A DNA stretch of 64,000 bases from Schmidtea polychroa (Eukaryota), in NCBI GenBank assembly GCA_044892525.1, contig CM097885.1, forward strand, positions 52,330,001 to 52,394,000, written 5' to 3'. Below the pieces are notes generated by a model. The model was not told where the DNA came from, ran no database searches, and saw nothing but the letters and a program-made list of their open reading frames with translations. The translations under genes were made by a program, and so were the position numbers. This document shows, piece by piece, positions 38,627 through 53,411 of the stretch. The number at the start of each line of letters is the position of its first letter. The first letter of the stretch is position 1.

Positions 38627-40608
38627 CTTACCTCTCAGAATTGATTTTATTATTATTTTGCTTTGTTTATATTTCTTCCTCATTCTCATCATTCCCATTG
38701 TCGCTTTTTTAATAGCGTGCTCCTTTTTTCCGAACTACTTTAATTGTGCGTCTTTAAGATGTCCACCCCTTTGAAATCATATTTTAAAATGTCAATATTA
38801 ATTTTTGCGGGGTTGAACTTGCACCTGCGGGCCATTTTTGATTGGTCTATTTAAAAATTTTACCACAGTTTATTGGTTTGATTATAAAGGTTGACGCATG
38901 TTAAACAATAATTGCATTCGATAACATTAATATGAATAATAATCAATATAATAGAAATACAACATAAATTGTGATTCATTTTGAGATATTTTTAATTGTC
39001 AACCAAAAATATTATATTACATAATATTCCATTTCATTTCATTTTCATATAATGACTGATCTACAGTCATTAAAATGAGAAAATAAAATTACATCAATTG
39101 TGAAATAAATATAGAAGATTTTAGTTTAAGAATAATTCAAATTTCATTTATTTTAATTAGGACTATAGAAAAAATTTTTCCTATGTAACACAACTTTGTA
39201 GCACTGGATTTCACAAATTTTTAAAAAAGGTAGCTTTGACAATTTGTGTTTTTTTGTGTTTTGTCGAGAGATTTTTATAATATTAAATTTTTGTTATAAA
39301 AATATTTTTATTTTTTATTCTTTATTGGGTAAAAAATTTCTGCTTTGAATCGCACAACAACTCTATAAAAATAGTTTTCGGAAAACTCAAATAAAATATC
39401 CATTGTGAATTTCGCAGAATATTTTTCTAATATATTTAAATTCTAACAAATTGTCATATAACAAAAAAAGATGACAATTCATAATTTTTATGAGTATTGC
39501 ATTTATAATCAACTGAATTATTTTGATTACAATTAACTATTACAATGTTAATGTCAATGTCAAAATTTAAATAATGTTTTAAACGTCAAAATGATAAATT
39601 TTGTATCTCTTCAGCATCAAAACAAGAAAATATTGCGAAATTTTTGCAAGACAATAAAATATTATATCTATTGTAAATTATTTAATTATTTATATATTTA
39701 TTATAGCGTATTTCCTAAAATATTGACGATAAATTCCAATTAATTTTAAAACAACTTCTCATGACCATAAAGTCATCAAGTTAAATTACAAAAAAGAAAG
39801 AAAGATGAAAAAATAAGGAAACGCATTTAAAATATAATTGATGGAGATATGATCACAGACATTTTTATTGATAACATTAATTTTTAAAAACACCACATAT
39901 ATGATGTTTAATAATCTTTAAAGCATGAAACATAATTTACACTATATTCAAACTAAAAATTAAAAATGAGACGTCACAACAATTTTCGATGTTTTTTTTT
40001 TTGAAAAAGCACTTTTTTTAATCATTTTTATTGCATTATTATGATAATGTGTTAATTAAATTTTAAGTTAAAATATTAAAATATTTATGAATAAAAAAAT
40101 TTAACAATCTCACAATAGTGAAAAAATTTCATGGAGACAAAATTCCTATAAATTTAATGAAAATTCCAGTTATAGATGTAATAAAATGTGAAAGTGTAAA
40201 TAAATATTAATGGAAAATATAAAATAAAACGTATATGTAAAATTGAGAGACATACTTAATTTATAATTTAATAAGTTTAGTCAAATTTAAAATTATTGTT
40301 AATGGAAACAAATTATTTATTTGAATATACTTTAAATTATTTGGTTGGTTTTTATAGGCATCACGTGCTTGGAAATTTGAAATTTATGAAATTCTTTTAC
40401 TTTTTCAATTAAATCTCTTTTGTTTCTTGTTCATTAATTGCTATCCTAATTAGATAAATTTGACATATTTGCCAAACTTATGCTCTTTAATAATGAAGGT
40501 AATTTTGAAGTAGTTTCAAATTTTGTTTTAAACTTTCAACAGATTTTGCTACAGTATTTTAAGATGGTTGTTATTAGTCATCGGAAATTAACTAAAACAG
40601 TTTAGTTT

Positions 40609-40797
<189 letters not shown>

Positions 40798-42489
40798 CTT
40801 ATTATTTATTAAAAAGAGATCTTGAAGACTATATGAAAAAAAAGGCAGTTCACTTGAAAAAGGCAGTGTCGAAAATTCGTGAGTATCAAAAAACATCGAT
40901 ATATTATTGATTTATAGTGTTCAAGCTCTCTTTCTAATAAATTCAATGGAAAAAATAATCAGTGGTGAAGTTGGAAAAAAAAGTTCTTATAATCTTAATA
41001 AATATTATTTAAGATATTCATTACATATGCAATAAAGGATAAGTAAATAAATTTAAAGAAAATAAAACATAATGTTTTATTTTTATAGTTAATAATAATT
41101 TATGTTGTTATGCCTACCTGGTAAATAGAAGTCGCCGGGATTGGGATTTATTTGACATATGATTATAAACAATAGATAAACGATAATTTTGTAACACATT
41201 ATTAATTCTGGCATTTTTGATGGGGATATTTACATTAAGGAAAAAAATGAATAAAATCCATGTATAAACAAAGTCTGTTAATGGTATTAAAGAAAACAAA
41301 TTGCTTCTACTTGACTGGAAAATTAAAAACTAAGCGTTAAAGTCACTTCAATTTGATTTCAAATGGTTTTAATTAAAAATAATTATTATGTCTCGGAATG
41401 ACTACATAACCTTAGCCAAAGTTTCTGATTATTCCCAAATTTTTATATTATTTACCTTTTAATATTTTTTTTCATATTAATTGAAGAAAAATTTTATTAC
41501 TATGAAATTTGATTAATAAAATAATTTACCAATGAAATTGAAAAAAAATATAATTTAATTATAAATATTAAACGAATCATTTGCTGGAAATTTTATTTAA
41601 CGAGAATTTTATATCAAAAGAAAATCTTTTTCAATTTAATCCGAATCATTGATTATGCTGAATATTCCAACTGAAAAGTTTTCTCCTTTGGCTTTTAGTG
41701 ATTAACCCTTTCCACTGATTATGGCAAAAATGTTTGCCGCATTCTTAAAAAACTGTTTCTAATACTCCCCAAAGAGAGAAAACCAACCATTATTAAAAGT
41801 GTTTCGCATAGATTCTTGAAATTCCACAAAATTCCACAACAGTTTGAAAACGATTATTATAGAACAATTTGTTTAAATATTCCTTATTTTCGGTTATCAG
41901 TTTTTATCGTGATTTTAAGCTCGATGAAGACTAATAAGCTGTCGGAATATATAGCGCGATGTTGTTTAATATAGTTAGTTGGCGTTTTTCAATGAATAAT
42001 AATAAGAAGAAAAATTAATTCATTAATTTTAAAAATATATATATTTATAAAAATCTTTCAAATTTTCAATTTTTTATAAGGATCACTGATATTTATTTTA
42101 CTTAAAAGGCTAAAACCTGATTTCTTATCTTATCAACGCCCAATAATTAATGGAATATTCTCATTCATTAACATTGAAAATGAAGAATAAAGCAGACGAT
42201 TAAAAATAATTCCATTATTCCTATAAAAGATTTGTTTCATTCTTTGTTGTACAATAGACGACCCGAAAACATGATTGATTATAATATTGGACGCCGTTAA
42301 GAAGACGCCACAAATATTTTTTTGTTTTCCTATTAAGTTCAAAGAAATTCGAATTGTATTTTAATAAAAAAATATTTATTAAAGGATACTGGAAAAAAAT
42401 TTTTATTGTTTTAAAAAAGTTTATGATAATGCCATCACATTTTCTTATTTTTTTTAGAAATTTTTAGAAATATAATATGACTAATTAAA

Positions 42490-42625
42490 AATTTTAAATA
42501 ATATTAAATAATATTAAAAATTTTAAATAATATTAAATAATATTAAAAGCTTTAAATAATATTAAAATAATAATTTAAATAATTTAAAATAATTTAATTT
42601 AAATAATTATTTAAATAATATTAAA
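42490..42625. repeat. AT-rich short tandem repeat (TTAAATAATA-based)
   Basis: Repeated TTTAAATAATATTAAATAATATTAAAA units. Confidence 0.7.
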
Positions 42626-43207
42626 ATCTTTATAATATAATATAACTAATTAAAAATAAATATTAAAATTTTGTCAAAAGACTGAAAATTCTCTCATCTA
42701 TGAACAAATGAATTATTAAAATCTATTGAAATAATATTTTTAAAACAAAATAAAAATTGAGTTTTCATTTCGTATTCTATGAGTAATTATAATAATATCA
42801 AAATTAAAGAATTATTATTTTTTAGAAAACATAGTGCTGTATGGATGGAATTGTTCAGTTTGATACTATATTTTATTAAAATATTTCCATTATTTCTTTC
42901 TTTCACATTATCAATTAATATCTTAATTAAAAGGCAGTCCCAAAAAGTCGTGTATTATATATGAAAATGTTTGGTTTTAAAAAATATTTCGGCAGCTAAT
43001 AAATTTAATTCTGATTCTGTTATTATATTAAAGAACAATACCCAATACAACAAGTTTATTTGACAATAATATATCATCAAATGTTCAATCTTTCAATTAA
43101 CAGATATTGGAATTTCAAATTAAGGTGAACCAAAGGTAAAATGCTAAATTTTATTTGGGAATCTAATCTGTTACAGACATGTACCAATTTATCTACACTT
43201 TAAACAC

Positions 43208-43691
43208 AATAGTAGAGGACAAATGATACGAACAAAATACTTCCGCATCAATGAAGCATTTCACACCATGGTAGTCTATTATAACAACCGAGATCCGGTT
43301 ACATATTTGGGAGATATTGCGCGCGTGCTCAATATAAATGTTGTCTGACAGACACTGTATTGCAAAATTGTTTACTGTTTAAGCATAAACGAAACATTGT
43401 AACTGAGTAGGCCTATAATATTAGATGTTTGACACTAGTTTTTTTAAAATTTATTTATTATTTATAATTTATATATTGTCTTGTTTTTGCGATTGTTTTT
43501 TTATTATTAAACGAAAGACTAAAAAAGCCAGACATTTATGCTAAATAAAAACAACTTACTTATGTATTAAGGCAATAATTAATTAAATGCATTTGAAAAA
43601 AAATTAAAACTTATAATTCTATTTAAACAAAGTTAAGCTATACCATTTAATCCTAGTACCATTTGTCCGTGTCATTTTGTCCTAGAACTGT
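43208..43691. mobile_element. Old MITE-like element with imperfect TIRs
   Basis: Left AGGACAAATGATACGAACAAAATAC compared with the right-end reverse complement AGGACAAAATGACACGGACAAATGGTAC. No TSD resolved. Confidence 0.45.
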
Positions 43692-43765
43692 TTGGAACTT
43701 TATAACAATTATACGTTGGCGTTCTTTCTCTTAAATTTGGCTCTGACCACAATAACAATTATATA

Positions 43766-43796
<31 letters not shown>

Positions 43797-46532
43797 ACAG
43801 ACCCATTCCTGGCGGGGTGCAGAAGGTGCCCCCACACTTGAGTGGCCAAGTTGAAGGCAGTCGCCGACTTGTTATATTTAAAAATTGATTTTAGATAATC
43901 TAACAAATAAAGTATACTTAATAAAAGTAAGTTTTACTATTTAGAAATTTTATTATGAATAATAAAATATTACACCTTCTTAGATGTCAGAAAGAAAAAC
44001 AAAAAGGAAATCTGGTGCTTATTAACTGGCCACTGGACACCTACAATTTGAGTAATTTACCGATTGACAAGTTACTATCATACTTTTTAAGCTTGCGAAT
44101 TTTATTTCCTTTCTTAATTATTTTTGTATTTGAATTTAATTATATGAATTTTATTAAATTTTGATCTTTAATTATGTATTAATCAAATTGAAGATAAAAA
44201 ACTTTATTGTTAAGAGCATGTTATTGATTACATGTTTTTTGTATATTTTTAAACGAAACTTTTAAGTATAGCCAACAAAAGGGTGATAATTTAATAAAAT
44301 TTTACAAACAACGGTTACGTTCTAGACTTACCCTGACACAGAACTTTCATGAAAATAGGAAATATGAGGTTAGGAAATACCCAGAGTAAAGTAATCACAA
44401 AAGCAATAAACATACTCCTGAAACTGCTGAATTGTAAAATTGAAGCAATGCCAAAGTCCTCATTGAAAACTTGTTGATGTGGTAGAGAGAAAGACAATTA
44501 AGCCGAAAAATAATTTGAAGGAAACCACCAGAGATGTCTTTTATACGCGTATTTCTTGCAAATATTGTATAAATAAAATTTGATAAGTAAATATCAAGCC
44601 GATTGACTTACAAGGTTCTAATACAAGTTCATTATAAGGAGTCAGTCTTTTAAAAGATTTGCTTATTTCCACTGATCTCTATGATCACTTTATACAGATT
44701 TAAATTATTTGATTTTATATTATCGGATATATTTGTACGGAGAATGAGGATAAAAAATTGCTCATCATTTAATAATTTTCTAAAAATATGATAGAATACT
44801 AAATATTTATTTTAAATTTTAAAATATGACAATTTAAACAAAAGAAAAAAAATAATTAATTAAAATTACTAAATTAAAACAGGATTTTCTCAAAGTAAAA
44901 AATTAATTTATTTTATTTCCGCAGTTTCGTGCAGATTTTCCGAGAGAAAACTAAATTAAATGATCAATTTCTTACAATTTTAAATAAATATTATGACAAT
45001 TTAGTATTTTACTGTAAAAGATTTATTCAATTATAAAGCTTATAATTCGATATTTTACTTTTTTAATATAAATCTTTATATATTAATCTTTTTCAATCCT
45101 TTCGAATATGGGTAGAATGTTCAAATGGTTGTGTTTAATTGTTAAATTTATATTTATCTTTAAATTGGTTTGAAATTCATTAAATAAAATTTTAAATCAA
45201 AAATAAAAATTACTGAAAATTTAAAAAAATGTTTTAAACTTAATATTTTGTATAAATAGTTAAACATACATGGCAATGATTTAATTATAAGATAACGCCA
45301 ATCAAACATTCTTTTCACGATTATTTTCGACAGTTTTCCTGTCATCATCAGGTGGGATATAATAACTATATAAATTAAGCATTTTAAACAAATTTATTAA
45401 TTATATATAAAAAAATTTTTATTTTATAAAAAAAATATATTATATTTTTTTAAATTTTAACATTTAAAATTTAATTTAATAATTTAAAAAAATTTTTATT
45501 AATTATTTAATTTAATACAACAATCAATACATACAATATAAAAACCTATTTAAAAACTTATTTAAAAACACTCAAAGCACAAGTATTTACTGCATTCTGC
45601 ACATTAATTTTCGGATTCAATGATTTTATCAACAACGCCTCACAAATCACACGTTCCCAATAATTATCGAAATTTTTTAATAAAATTTTAAAATCAGACA
45701 CGCCTATTTTAATCTTAAAGCCCTTATTGTGCTATTTTGTATTTTAATTATTATTTTTAAACGCTCTGAAATTTTTACTATAAAAAAAAATCTACTTAAA
45801 TCTATATTATACGGAAATTATTAAATTATTATTTTCAAATATTTTTACCAAATTTCATGTCCATTTGACTTTAGCCAAATCGTAGACGATATTTTGTAAA
45901 ATTTCCATCATAAATAGAAATATCTAAATTAATTTTTTTGTGCAATTCCAATTCAAAAAAATGCACTTTGGCAACATATTGGCAAGGTTTCCGGTTTAAT
46001 TTTCTCAACTCTTCTTGCTTCGTCAATCAAACGAATCTCTGTTGGTCAGTTTTGATAGACAATTTTAAACCGGAAATTAAATACTTCAGAAAAAAGATGA
46101 CATAGCCAAGATTTACGCTTCGAACAAATCGTTAATCAAATTCTCATTAAAATTTGACAATTAAAGAATTTGATGAATATTTCCATTTAGTTTACGAAAG
46201 AATCTGACAGAAATGGAAATTTTTCAATTTTCTTTCAAGCCTGATTTGCTTTGGTTTGGAAGATTGTATTAAAAACTGAATAATATTAAAAATAAATTAT
46301 ATTATTCAGTGTGTCTAAATTATGATATGAGTGAAATTCTACAGAAATTAAAATATCACAAAAAAATTACAAAAACATCATTATAAAACATTATTTAGAC
46401 ATAACAAATACAGTCTCTCTCTTTCTTTCTCCTCCAAGATTATTCCTTATCCGAACTATCCCCATCCTTTATTGGTTAATTGGATATCCGGATAATTGAG
46501 GTACTAGTATATATATATATATATATATATAT

Positions 46533-47941
46533 AAGGAAGATATAACAAATATGGTTAAATTCAATAAAAGTACAAAATTAGTTAAAAGTTAACAAAAATT
46601 AAAATTCAATATTGAACGGAGGACATTGGTATGCTTGAACTCCAAATTGAAAGACAAATCCAGACATTATAATGAAAATTTAATGAGAGGTTCAGAGGGA
46701 AAGTTATAACGAAAAAAACAAATTAATTAAAATTAATAAAACCGTAATGGGAAGCCCGAGCCCATGGGAAACCCGAGCACTGAAGATTCTGATACGAAAT
46801 AAGCCAAAGTTTGGGAATGTATTTGCATTGATGGTTTAAAGACTTTATGTGATCAAAAGAGTCTATGAATAATATTAAATGCTGTAATTTGTATTAATTT
46901 ATGTTGTCAATGTTTCTATATGATTATTCTTAGTTGTAAACCTGTTGATGATACCTAAATAACAAATTTATGAATAAATAAATAAAATTACTTGTGGAAA
47001 AATTGTCATGACAAACGGGACGATCTATGGGAACTCGGAAAAGAAAACGGAAGTAAAAAGAAATGAAAAATGAGAAAGAGGAATGAAACAAAAGAAATCA
47101 GACAAAACAAAAACAAAGGTCAATAGTAATTAATTAGTACAAAAGGAAAAGGAATTTCAAAATCGGGGAAAACAGGAACAACAATAATGCACTTATCTCA
47201 ATGGCCTGTCAGAGATAACGGGAACAAAAAGAAAACAGGCAAAAAGAGAAAATTAGGAAATATCTTGACAGCTGTCAAAAGTTACTCGGTTGCAGGGAAA
47301 AGTTGGGAAATGATGTTGGAGAAAAAATGTGAAATTAAAGGAGAAAGCAGAGCAGAAGGAGACAGAACCATTTGGAGAACCATTAAGGGAACAATTACGA
47401 GGAAAACAGTTAAAGGAGAATATTTGCGAGGAAACTTTTGAGTTGGAATATTGTGGAACAGAGTTGCGACAGAAGATTTGAAACAGAATATTGCGATAAA
47501 AGACAGAATACTTGAAATAATACGAAGACATTTATGTGGAAAATTTGAAGAAAAGTGAAGCAGAGAAACTTAAAGAGAAAGCAGAAATAAAGGGATAAAT
47601 CTAAAGAGCTTATTCAATTGATAACAGAGTAAAGTTCGGCGAGTAAATCCAAGTCAAATTATAAAACAATCAGTTAAATTACCAATTGTTACACTCCTCA
47701 GTTGTGAGAGATTTATCAAATGAAGGTTATCCGCGTGTACTATTCTTCACCATAGTATTGTAATAAGCACTGTATAATCGATAGTTAGCTTGTTGAGTCA
47801 ATTGTAACATTGTGAAAATATTTGTGATATTCAATAAAGTAACCTCTGTTAATTGTTAATTGTGGGTCAGTCAAAGACACACTTGGAGTCAGAGTAAAAA
47901 TTTTAACTTACAAATATTATCACCAACCAAATAATCCAACA
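46533..47941 (+). mobile_element. LTR remnant related to 28738-29799 and to the 3' end at 61450 (5' boundary uncertain)
   Basis: Ends GACACACTTGGAGTCAGAGTAA...ATTATCACCAAC.AATAATCCAACA. Shares ATGGGAAACCCGAGC repeats and GGGAAAACAGGA with the 29-kb element. Confidence 0.5.
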
Positions 47942-49439
47942 AAGCTAAGGCCTGGCCATGAAATAAAATCAAGGGCGAATTTGTTTAAATAATATAAATA
48001 TTCAGTCTTGAACCTTTTGACTACCAAATTCTCTTAATTTGAACTAAATTGAAATTCTTTGAATTATTGTAAGAAGAAAATATTTTTTGTAAAATATGTA
48101 ATAACAAGTTCACAAATTTGACATGATTATTTAAATTTATTATTATATTATTAAGAATTATTATAATAGAACGTAACATATGTAGTCCACTTACATCTAT
48201 ATTATCTTTAAGCTTTTCTATTATTTAATTCCTTTAAATAATAAATTAACCACATTGGGATATTTAATAAGGATCATTCAATATAATTCTGAGGTTGTCC
48301 TCATTGTGTTCTATGATTGTAATAATTTGCATCTAAACTTCGTCCTCTATGCAAACCTTAGGAAATCGAGTATAACATGATATTTGTGACAAACAAGAGT
48401 TTCAAATTGTTTCGGTTCATAATTAAACTTAATGTGTCCTTTATATTCCAAAGATAAAAGACTCAACATAATATATTTATTAGTCAACACAATGATTATA
48501 CGTATTAAATTATCTAAAAATATTTCTCACAGTTGATATTACAATTCTTGATTTTCATTAAAAGGCAGGTGACTCGATAGGAAAACGGCTCACAGTAACT
48601 GTTACGAATCTGAATCTAGCATTCGACCACAAAAAGAAAATTTTAAAAAACAGTTAATAAAATTTACAAAAATGTTAATTAAGAAATAGCAAAAATGTAA
48701 AAATCAATAGTTCTCGAGGGGAGTGTAAACAGGTGACCAATGAAAAGATAGAGAAATTCAATAGTTCAAAATCGATGTGGGACTTCAGAAAATGTAATTT
48801 CAAAAATATAACCTAATTAATTATCTAGTTAAAATTTAATAGATGATAAAAATATTTTCTAGTTGAAAAAGTAAATTGTCAGTTTAAACAGGTTTAAAAA
48901 AATTAAATTAAATGTTTTATTTAGAAATATCTGGGAATGGGAAATGTTTCTTTTTTGACTCGCCTAAGTAAAATGATTAATGTGAAAATAATGTTTAAAA
49001 TCAGGGTTAGACTTATTAAATTTGACAATGTATTTATCAGAGAAGTACATATCATGACTTGAGCTAAACTTTTTAGAATAATTTTTTGTATATTATATAA
49101 AGCATTATCCACCTTGGTAGACTTAACCTCATATGTAGATTCGTTGATCGCAGTTTGAATAATATTTGACTTTGTGTAAATATTTTTGAGAATAAAATTT
49201 GTTTTTTGTTTGATATTATGATGTTGGTTAAGGAATGTCAGGAATCAGATCAGAATTTTAAATTTTCTGAAAACAAAACAAAGGCTAGAGTCGAAGGAAT
49301 TTATGTTTAATTTCAGAAAATAAGTTTTCAATGTTTTGGCACAACTATTTTTAGCTAAGTAACATCATTATATATTATTTATAGTAATTATTGTTATGTC
49401 ATTATGTTTTACAAGTTCGGATATTTGTTTACCATTTTC

Positions 49440-51088
49440 CATATACTGTATGATGCAAACAAAAGCTTTTGATATACCCTTTGCACTTGATCTTTTACAA
49501 AACTGCAAAATTTTTTTTAAGAATCTTCGATCGGATTCGTCCTTCAATGAAACTATTATTGATGCAAAAAAACTTGCTACCGAAATGGATGTGGAGGCTA
49601 ATTTTGGATCAACAATGACACTGAACCACGTTAGAAGAATAAGAAAGAACTTCTCATACGAAGCATTTGATGAACACAATAAAGATCCAAAAGAAAAATA
49701 TAAAATAGATTTTTTTAATTTTACAATCGATCATGCTAAAAATGCACTAGAAGCTAGGTTTGAACATCTTTCTAATCATAGTAACTATTTAAATACCATG
49801 TCCAAAGAAATGCTGCTAAAACACTGTAAAAATTTAGAATGTATTTTAACTGATGGTGATTCTGTTGACATAAATGGTATAGAACTAGCTGTGAAAATTT
49901 AAGGAGTATCTGCTCTTTTGGCCAAAAAAGAAAGCCCAAGTAATGTACTGAGCTTAATTACAAAGTCAAAGTTTGCCCCAAATCTTTCTATTGCTTTAAG
50001 AATGCTTTTTAATTGCTAACCATACCCATTGCTGTAGGTAGTGGTGAAAGGAGTTTTTCTAAATTAAAATTAATTAAGAACTTTTTACGTTTGACTACTA
50101 CACAGAATCGTCTTAATGGTTTGGCAATTTTGTCAATTGAGCATAAAATTGCTGATCAAGTAAATTTAAAAGATGTAATAAAAAAGTTTGCAGAACTAAG
50201 GTTACCAACTCCCACAATCTCGAACCCGGAAGATTATAAAATTGCGAACAGTATAGCGCTTAAGAAATAATATAACATGTGTTTTTTCACTTTTTTAGTT
50301 TACACATGTTAGTGATTTTAACTATATGATGACTAATACCATAAAGATTTAAACAAAACAATTATTTTAACATATTACATTTTACATTTTTTACATTTTA
50401 AAAGTGAAAACAAGCTGACAGTGACAGACTAATAACGTGGGTAAGAAGAAAAAGATAAAATCGCTCGCCGCGAACAAACAACTTAAACTTTCGGTGACTG
50501 TGAGCAAAAATAAATTTTGACTATCATTATTTTAGAGAAATCAAATAAAAGTTAAAACTTCAAAAACTGCACTTTTTCTTGAAAAATTGTAAAATATTGT
50601 AAAAACGGTAAGGGGGGAGATTTACATCTCCCGGGTCATAGTTAATCGGGAGACGGGAGACGAAAGTCGATTCTGGGAGACTCCCGGCAAAAACGGGAGA
50701 GTTGTCAAGCCTATGCAGAACTGAAAGTAAGAAAAATATGTTATTTATGATTTCAGCGTTAGTTGATGTTACCTTGTTTAATTTTTAAAAAAATGGCATT
50801 CTGATTATTTGTGCAATAACTCAATTATGAAAAATTATGTAGTATATGAAAATGTAAAAAATAATTTGGTTTAAAATTTGTGGCTAAGTATATATATTTC
50901 CTAATTGCTACTGTTTGGTGCTACTTGATAATCAATGTTATGTTATATGTTTTCTATTATTAAAATTTGTATAAAATTATAAGGTTTTTATTGAAAATAA
51001 AAAATAGGTATATTTATTTAAAATTTATATATTAAAGGGCGGCAATTTGTCTTTTTGTCCGGGCGGCATAACCGCTAGAGTGGGCCCT
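49440..51088 (+). mobile_element. 3' part of a decayed hAT element (ZMYM1-like transposase C-terminus plus right end)
   Basis: Peptides RRIRKNFSYE, PNLSIALR, TIPIAVGSGERSFSKLKLIKNFLR, RLNGLAILSIEH and KFAELKVRK (once the nested MITE is removed). Terminus GGGCGGC...GGGCCCTG at 51088. Confidence 0.8.
50197..50713. mobile_element. hAT (Blackjack-like) MITE nested in the hAT transposase, 517 bp
   Basis: 8-bp TSD TGCAGAAC (50189-96, 50714-21). Imperfect TIR TAAGGTTACCAACTC / TAGGCTTGACAACTC. CGGGAGA subterminal repeats. Confidence 0.85.
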
Positions 51089-53067
51089 GTATATACAGTA
51101 GACTCAATTATCGGAGGTTACATGAGTTGTTACATAAAATTGTAAATAAATTTAATTCTTTTAATTCTTAGAAGTAGAAAGCTTCGAAGATAAAGAAACT
51201 ATGTTTAGCTAGATAAAATATTTCATAAAAAACATCCATTATCATGCCATCCGTTTGTTGACATATTGTGTAAACCTCATTGGTCAATTTCAAATATGCC
51301 GTTAATAAAATCAAAATATGTAAATAATAATAAATTACAATTTCTGAATTATAATTTATCGAATTTATTTTATCTGAAGCTAACTTATAGATAAGCAATT
51401 GTCCTGATAACAATAATTTAATTTTTATTACATTTTTGTCACTGGAAATTGCCGTAAAATTTCAGTAATTATCTTTCAATGAGATTGATCACGATATAGG
51501 GTCAACAATCAAAATTTAGTGACGGTCAACTAGTTTCTGAAAGAACGATAAAATATCTCGACGTTCATGTCAATCATTTTTATAATCATTTCGTTACGGT
51601 TTAAAAGAGAAGAGAACTCAACTGACGAATTCGAAGTCAAACTTTCATTTTTATTATCATCGATGCTTTCTATTAGAAGTAATAAGAATGCAATTCTAAA
51701 AACAATGGAATGAATTTGTAGTGGCGCCAAAATATGGGTCTCCATCATTGAATAGGTTAGTAAACTTGTCGTCGCCAATGTTCGTGCCAGGTTATCAACA
51801 GAGGAGGATTATCAATTATTCAAGTCCAGAGATAGCTGCCGATAGATTCGATTCTACAAATTCGACTACTGAGATCATTTCGTCCATGGAAATTATTACA
51901 CAGTAACATTTTAATCATTCTTTCATTAAAACTGATGAAAATAAAATTTGAAACATCAATTAAATATTTATCAAACGAATTTACCCCATTCTTAATTACC
52001 AATTCTGGCATTTTTTACTAAACTAAGGACTATTACATTATGTTTTTTTTCATTTTTGTTACAACTGTTTCGATATAATATCAATAAAAATTAAGGAGTT
52101 TTAACTCAATTAAAAATCATAAACCAAAAAAACAAATGATTTTTGAAAATAATTAGAGAAAATTTAAATTTCAAAAACATTAAATTTTATATTTTAATAA
52201 TTAAAACAATTAATTTCAAAGACAACATAAAAATTGTAAAAATATATGCTTCTATTGATTTTTTATAAATTAATTGAATATTAAAATACAATAAAAATAC
52301 AATATTAAAATATAATAAATTTTAATCTTGTAAAGTACAAATTGTTTAAAAATAATACAAAAGTGTTTATGTAAGAAATAATGTATTACTTTCAAATTTC
52401 AGTAGTTAAATTATAAATATATTTCTAATACAATATTGTAGTAATTTTTGTTATATTATATATATAAAATATCAGCGACAATGAACATGTTGTTTCAGTG
52501 GGGTAAAACTGAAAAGCTTAATAAACTTAATTTATATTAAATTAATTTATATTTATACTGTTAATTTTTACTGATAAAGAGCAAAAGAAGAAGAACTTGT
52601 GGACAAATTATTACATCAATAAATTTTAATTTTTTATATTTATTTTTGGATTTTTCTTATGTAATGAAATTGCGTTCAAATCGATAAAAAATGACAATTT
52701 TTAAAAATTCAAAATTAATAAATAAAGTACAAAAATTAACTAAAAATTTACTTATTTTAGCGGGGAACAGGTTTGTGCAAATAGCAAATAATGTGACAAA
52801 TAGGAAAACAATAATATAAAATCACAAAATTATTCAAGATATTCAAATTAATTAAGAAACAAATAAAAATCTCGAACGATAAAAATGAGAAAAATAATAA
52901 AATTAGTCTCCTCAAAAATCAATAATGGAATTAGATTTTCCTAAAATAATTTGGACATGAATGATATAGGTCGCCTGCTTAATTGCTTAATAAATTAACT
53001 ATCAGCGACAATATAATATTAATTGTAATATTAAATATTAAATATTAATTTCTATAATCACGTATTG

Positions 53068-53411
53068 CAGTGGTTCTCAACCCGTGTTCCGCGAAAAAAA
53101 TGACATTTTATCTTTAAATTTGCATTTAAGATACATATCATCAAAAACCTCAATTAATTTTTTTATAAGATGATTTAATAAGAAAGCCGTTACACAGATA
53201 TATAAACATACAAATATAAAGGTATGTTTATTGCTTGTTATTGTTGCACGTGGTATTTTCTTTGCTTTGAAGGCATTGTTTACGTTTAGGACAGATTTTT
53301 AGTAATTTGTGATTGGTCACTCATTGTGGGCAAGTATTTATTTGTCAGTGTTCCGCGTAAAAAAATCATGTGAATGGTGTTCCGCGCTTTTATATTTATT
53401 CAGCACCACTG
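53068..53411. mobile_element. hAT (Charlie-like) MITE, 344 bp
   Basis: Ends CAGTGGTTCTCAA / TTCAGCACCACTG, 8-bp TSD ACGTATTG (53060-67, 53412-19), GTTCCGCG subterminal repeats. Confidence 0.88.

Noticed and set aside
51500..51906. Exon-like, higher-GC segment (...QWNEFVVAPKYGSPSLNRL...)
   Set aside because: Contains in-frame stops and no motif I can assign. It may be a pseudo-exon but cannot be supported.
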